Source: Nitrosopumilaceae archaeon
GTDB lineage: Archaea > Thermoproteota > Nitrososphaeria > Nitrososphaerales > Nitrosopumilaceae
Assembly: GCA_965208905.1 (NCBI GenBank)
Contig: OZ242365.1
Span: forward strand, 64,001-128,000
Length of the DNA: 64,000 nucleotides
Direction of reading: 5' to 3'
How positions within the stretch are numbered: position 1 is the stretch's first letter; every line of letters begins with the position of its first letter. Of the stretch, positions 60,345 through 64,000 are shown in pieces. Under the pieces are notes generated by a model. The model made no database searches. It worked only from the letters and a program-made list of their open reading frames with translations, and was not told the DNA's origin. The translations under genes and the position numbers were made by a program.

Positions 60345-60640
60345 GAATAATCTGGGCGATAAGGTATATTTTGATGATGCGACTCCCAAGTGGTATGTGG
60401 ATATATTCGCGCCCCATACTCCAAAGATTGTCGAACAACTCCAAAAAAAAGAAGATACGCTGCCGTTTGTATCCAAGACCCCCCCACTTTCAGAAGGTAG
60501 CATCATCGTATGTTGATGAGTCTGAATTTGAAAACACCGAAAGACATCACAGAAGAGGACTCTATCTGCCTTCCACCACCAATATATCGGATGAGGATGT
60601 GATGTATGTGGCCCAGGAGGTAGTACATGCCATCTCTTGA
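60345..60640 (+). pseudogene. DegT/DnrJ/EryC1 sugar aminotransferase, C-terminal fragment
   Basis: PKWYVDIF...EQLQKK, frameshift at the A-run near 60443-60450, then IRCRLYP.P.HFQ...GLYLPS...DV.YV. Confidence 0.65.
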
Positions 60641-61787
60641 ATACAAAATCATTGCGCAGAGAATAGAAGAGTTCATCAGAAAGCAAGTGTCTGATGCAGG
60701 AGTTGACGGAGCGATATTTGGACTCAGTGGTGGTATAGACTCGGCGGTCACTGCTTATCTCTGCAGTAGGGCTCTAGGTAGCAATAGGTGTCTGGCATTG
60801 ATTATGCCAAACTCTGCGTTCACCCCTTCATCTGAGACGGCAGACGGCATATTTGTAGCTGAAAGTATTCCTATACAACACAAAATAATACAGATTGACC
60901 CTATTTCGGAGGCTGTTACACGAGATGACACACTAGAGTCAACATTCGATAAAAATCACACACTGATGCAGTATGCGATTGGAAACATGAACGCCCGTCT
61001 AAGAGCTGTCTTGTTGTATTATGAGGCACAAAAACGCAACTATCTGGTGGTGGGTACAGATGATAGAAGCGAACACATGATAGGCTACTTTACAAAGTAT
61101 GGGGATGGTGCATGCGATATTCTACCAATAGCAGGCCTTTACAAGACTGAAATTTGGGATCTGGCCAAGTTTCTGGGCGTACCCTCTCAAATTGTAGATA
61201 AAGAACCCAGCCCCCACCTGTGGCCAGAACATGCGGCGTCAGATGAACTAGGTCTAGACTATGCTAAAATAGATTCAATCTTGCAACATATACGTGATGA
61301 TGCTTTTGTAATATCATCCAAACTGGGCATAAACCAAGACAAGGTGGAACGTATACTCGACCTCCATGCGTCCAGCGAACACAAACGCCGCTTACCCCCC
61401 ATGGCATATCTACACCAAGAGTCGAATGATATTATACCGACAATGCACAAACCACCTAATCCAGTAAAAATCTCCCAGTCTTGGGGATACCTTGAGAGGT
61501 TTGCTCTGAACGAAACACCTATTGTCAAACTTATACATATAAGACCTGACGCGTCCCTCCCCCTACAATTACACAATAAACACTCCAAGTTCTGGAGGGT
61601 CATCTCGGGCAGTGCGACGGCTGTAGTGGATGATAAAACAGTCAAACTACATCCTGGCGATGACCTCTTTGTACCGCCGGGATCAGTTCATCGACTAACT
61701 GGTGACAAAGAGGCTGGAGTTCAGATACTAGAAATTATGATCGGGGATTTTTCAGAAGATGATGTAGTCAGGCTTGATGATGGGTGA
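60627..61787 (+). CDS. nadE: NH3-dependent NAD synthetase fused to ManC-type cupin
   Basis: GLSGGIDSAV, NARLR, GYFTKYGDGA, SEHKR; C-terminal WG...LQLH...W.V.SG...VHRL...EDDVVRLDD. Confidence 0.8.
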   Translation: MPSLEYKIIAQRIEEFIRKQVSDAGVDGAIFGLSGGIDSAVTAYLCSRALGSNRCLALIMPNSAFTPSSETADGIFVAESIPIQHKIIQIDPISEAVTRDDTLESTFDKNHTLMQYAIGNMNARLRAVLLYYEAQKRNYLVVGTDDRSEHMIGYFTKYGDGACDILPIAGLYKTEIWDLAKFLGVPSQIVDKEPSPHLWPEHAASDELGLDYAKIDSILQHIRDDAFVISSKLGINQDKVERILDLHASSEHKRRLPPMAYLHQESNDIIPTMHKPPNPVKISQSWGYLERFALNETPIVKLIHIRPDASLPLQLHNKHSKFWRVISGSATAVVDDKTVKLHPGDDLFVPPGSVHRLTGDKEAGVQILEIMIGDFSEDDVVRLDDG

Positions 61788-62059
61788 GACTGTAAGTGAT
61801 GCTACACACTGTAAACACATCCATAACGATTAGCGGTGGTACAAGTCTGTAGTATGTTGATCTGGACCCCGCCGGATCCGTTGATACCGACTCTCAAAAT
61901 TACTACATAAGCGCAGACTCGTTCCCGAGTGCGAATCTTGACGTGTGTTGGTCTCCGGCGGCAATTCGCCAAGATCGTCGGATACCGCCAACGTTCTAGC
62001 TCAGTGGATTGAGTTATTACCTTCAGAGTCATGGATTAGACAAGTGGGAAGCGAAAAAA

Positions 62060-63547
62060 ATGGACGACATACGTGTCACATATTCAGGTCTGTTGGGCTT
62101 TGCCGTCGCCATGGGCGGCATGGTTGCCGGACTGGCATTCACCATTATAGTGACGCGGCAGCTCTCCCCCGAAGAGTTTGGAGTCTGGGCTGTCATAGGC
62201 AGCATGACCTCCTATTCTCTCTTCGCCGAACCTGTCATCTCCTACTGGACCACGCGCCAAGTTGCCCGAGGGAAGCCTGTCGGAAAGACATCTATGGTAT
62301 CCACCTCAATGTTTGCCGGCGGCTCCATTCCGGTCTACTTGATATCTATCTACCTCTTCGCCAGCATAGAGTCGACCTTCTTTGATTCAATGTTGCTTGG
62401 GGCGCTGCTTGTTCCGGCGTTGTTTGTCAAATACACACTCTCGTCTATCAACATGGGATACCGTCCCCACGTAGTGAGCGTCGCCATCGCTGCCTTACAA
62501 GCAACCAAGATACCGGCAGGGTTGGTGCTGGTCTTCTTCTTGGAACTGGGGCTGGATGGTGCCATCTTGGCAATCTTTGCCGCCTATTTGGTTGACATAG
62601 CAGTCCAACTGCGCTACGCACATCCCCGCTTGGCCGTCCAGTTGGATTTCACTTACTTGTGGGGATGGATCCGACAGTCTTGGATGCCTCTCTACGGCAG
62701 AATATCCGGCGTGCTCAGTACCTTTGACATCATATTCTACACGGCGATCACCAGCTCGGTGGTAGGCGCCGCCTACTACGCTGCCGCCTTAGTGGCTGCC
62801 AAGATGGTAATTTACACAAATCAGGTATCCCAAGCTCTATACCCTAAACTGTTGGCCGAGGGCAGTAGGCGCCATGTATCCGAGAACTTTACCCTGCTGA
62901 TGTACTTTGCCATTCCCTTTCTGGTATTGTCGGTGCTCTTCTCCCGTCACACAATGTTCCTCCTTAATCCTGAATATGTCGTCGCTTGGGCCGCTGGCGC
63001 ACTACTGGCCGTCGCCATGTTCCTCCAAGTCCTCATGAACTTTGCCCGGAGCGTGCTCAGGGGCATTGATGATGTAGACCTTGAGGAACGACCGTCGTAC
63101 TCTGCACTACTGAAGAGCAAACTCTTTCTTGTGGCAACCATGGACAATGTCTACCATATCGTGTATCTGGCCGCGCTGGCCGTATCTCTGTACGTCTTCC
63201 GGGATATGCCCGAATCCACGCTGGTCATGGTGTGGGCATCTGTAATGCTGGCAGTCTCCAGCCCATTTTTGCTGTATTTCACGCTACTGGTCCGGAGGCA
63301 TTCGCCCTTCCATCCATCTGGCAACATCCTTCGATATGTGGGTGGTGCGGCAGGCATGGCGGCAGTCTTTTTTGCCACCAATGACCTCGTGGTGGTCTTT
63401 GACGTCAGTGTCTACTTGTACCTTCCTGGACTGTTGTCGGAGCTGGCCATTTGCTGTCTGACGTATCTTGGCATCACCTATGCCATCGATAGTAAGACTA
63501 GGCTACTGTTTAGGCGTGTAATATCCGAAATAGTCTCGCGCCGTTGA
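62060..63547 (+). CDS. Polysaccharide flippase (Wzx/MATE-like)
   Basis: R.LSPEEFG motif, many TM helices, next to a glycosyltransferase. Confidence 0.8.
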   Translation: MDDIRVTYSGLLGFAVAMGGMVAGLAFTIIVTRQLSPEEFGVWAVIGSMTSYSLFAEPVISYWTTRQVARGKPVGKTSMVSTSMFAGGSIPVYLISIYLFASIESTFFDSMLLGALLVPALFVKYTLSSINMGYRPHVVSVAIAALQATKIPAGLVLVFFLELGLDGAILAIFAAYLVDIAVQLRYAHPRLAVQLDFTYLWGWIRQSWMPLYGRISGVLSTFDIIFYTAITSSVVGAAYYAAALVAAKMVIYTNQVSQALYPKLLAEGSRRHVSENFTLLMYFAIPFLVLSVLFSRHTMFLLNPEYVVAWAAGALLAVAMFLQVLMNFARSVLRGIDDVDLEERPSYSALLKSKLFLVATMDNVYHIVYLAALAVSLYVFRDMPESTLVMVWASVMLAVSSPFLLYFTLLVRRHSPFHPSGNILRYVGGAAGMAAVFFATNDLVVVFDVSVYLYLPGLLSELAICCLTYLGITYAIDSKTRLLFRRVISEIVSRR

Positions 63548-63670
63548 GACAGTTCTAGGGCACCTCCTTGTCGGCAAAAAATAAGGTATTATAGAGGGGA
63601 TGCCCATAGTGCTTGGGGTGAACAACTTTTTGAATTTCACGGAGCGGATTATGCCATGACCCACACTGAC

Positions 63671-64000
63671 ATGCGGCTTCTCATGGGTGCTGGCACTTCC
63701 AAGCTATTCCACGTAAAAGAACTTGCGGCCGCGCTCTCTAGGCTTGGGGCTGAGTGCAGGGTGGTCGTGGCCTCTCAGGTGCATGACGGATTTCCCAACC
63801 GTAGGGTGTCATCGTGGTTCCAGACTGCAGGCCGAGCAAACACACTCTTCGCCGAGTTTAAACCAGACGCGGTGTTTGTAGACGAGGTAGGGCACTTTTC
63901 CAAGGCGGTACTTGATGACGGGCTGCCGCTGCTCTCGCACCTGCGGGGCGACTACTGGTCGGAGATGCAGTGGTACATGGAGACGTTGGGCCGGGGTCCT
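63671..64000 (+). CDS. Glycosyltransferase (GT4-like), N-terminal part, runs off right edge
   Basis: Manual translation MRLLMGAGTSKLFHVKELAAAL...FKPDAVFVD...HLRGDYWSE, open to window end. Confidence 0.65.
   Translation, partial: MRLLMGAGTSKLFHVKELAAALSRLGAECRVVVASQVHDGFPNRRVSSWFQTAGRANTLFAEFKPDAVFVDEVGHFSKAVLDDGLPLLSHLRGDYWSEMQWYMETLGRGP

Noticed and set aside
61985-62040. tRNA-like TAGCTCAGTGG
   Set aside because: No T-arm or acceptor stem follows.
1-64000. CRISPR array or Cas12 interpretation of the TnpB genes
   Set aside because: No repeat-spacer array or cas genes seen near any TnpB.

Overview
Archaeal chromosome segment from a Nitrososphaerota (Thaumarchaeota, Nitrosopumilaceae-like) genome. 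The assignment rests on a fused RpoA'/A'' subunit, a PEFG-CTERM protein, IPDWIK-type repeats, the archaeal aroA'/aroB' shikimate operon and a two-intron tRNA. The heavy IS load and giant repeat-rich surface proteins suggest a host-associated, Cenarchaeum-like lineage, but that is inference. Housekeeping blocks (ipk-tpiA, intein-containing polB, dCMP deaminase, Hef-type helicase, apt-mtnP, aro operon, msrB-fen1, rpoH-B-A, rpl30e-nusA-rps12-rps7) are interleaved with IS630, IS481, IS1595 and IS6-like elements, remnants and MITEs. The main observation concerns three full-length TnpB (RNA-guided RuvC nuclease) genes with intact catalytic motifs. None sits in a canonical IS200/IS605 or IS607 element. 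Each is the sole passenger of a ~1.5-1.6 kb cassette bounded by terminal inverted repeats (TIRs). One has a perfect 24-bp TIR and an exact 8-bp target-site duplication (TSD), an IS1595-like signature, and one uses an unrelated 26-bp TIR. In all three the ORF ends at or inside the downstream TIR, preceded by hairpins where the omegaRNA would lie. An orphan end of the same TIR family also occurs. Other notable items are a putative poly-G phase-variation switch on a ~1400-aa surface protein, a degenerate-HEN intein in PolB, an ABC-ATPase plus PD-(D/E)xK pair, and a NadE-cupin fusion. All calls come from reading the sequence by eye; no searches were run.
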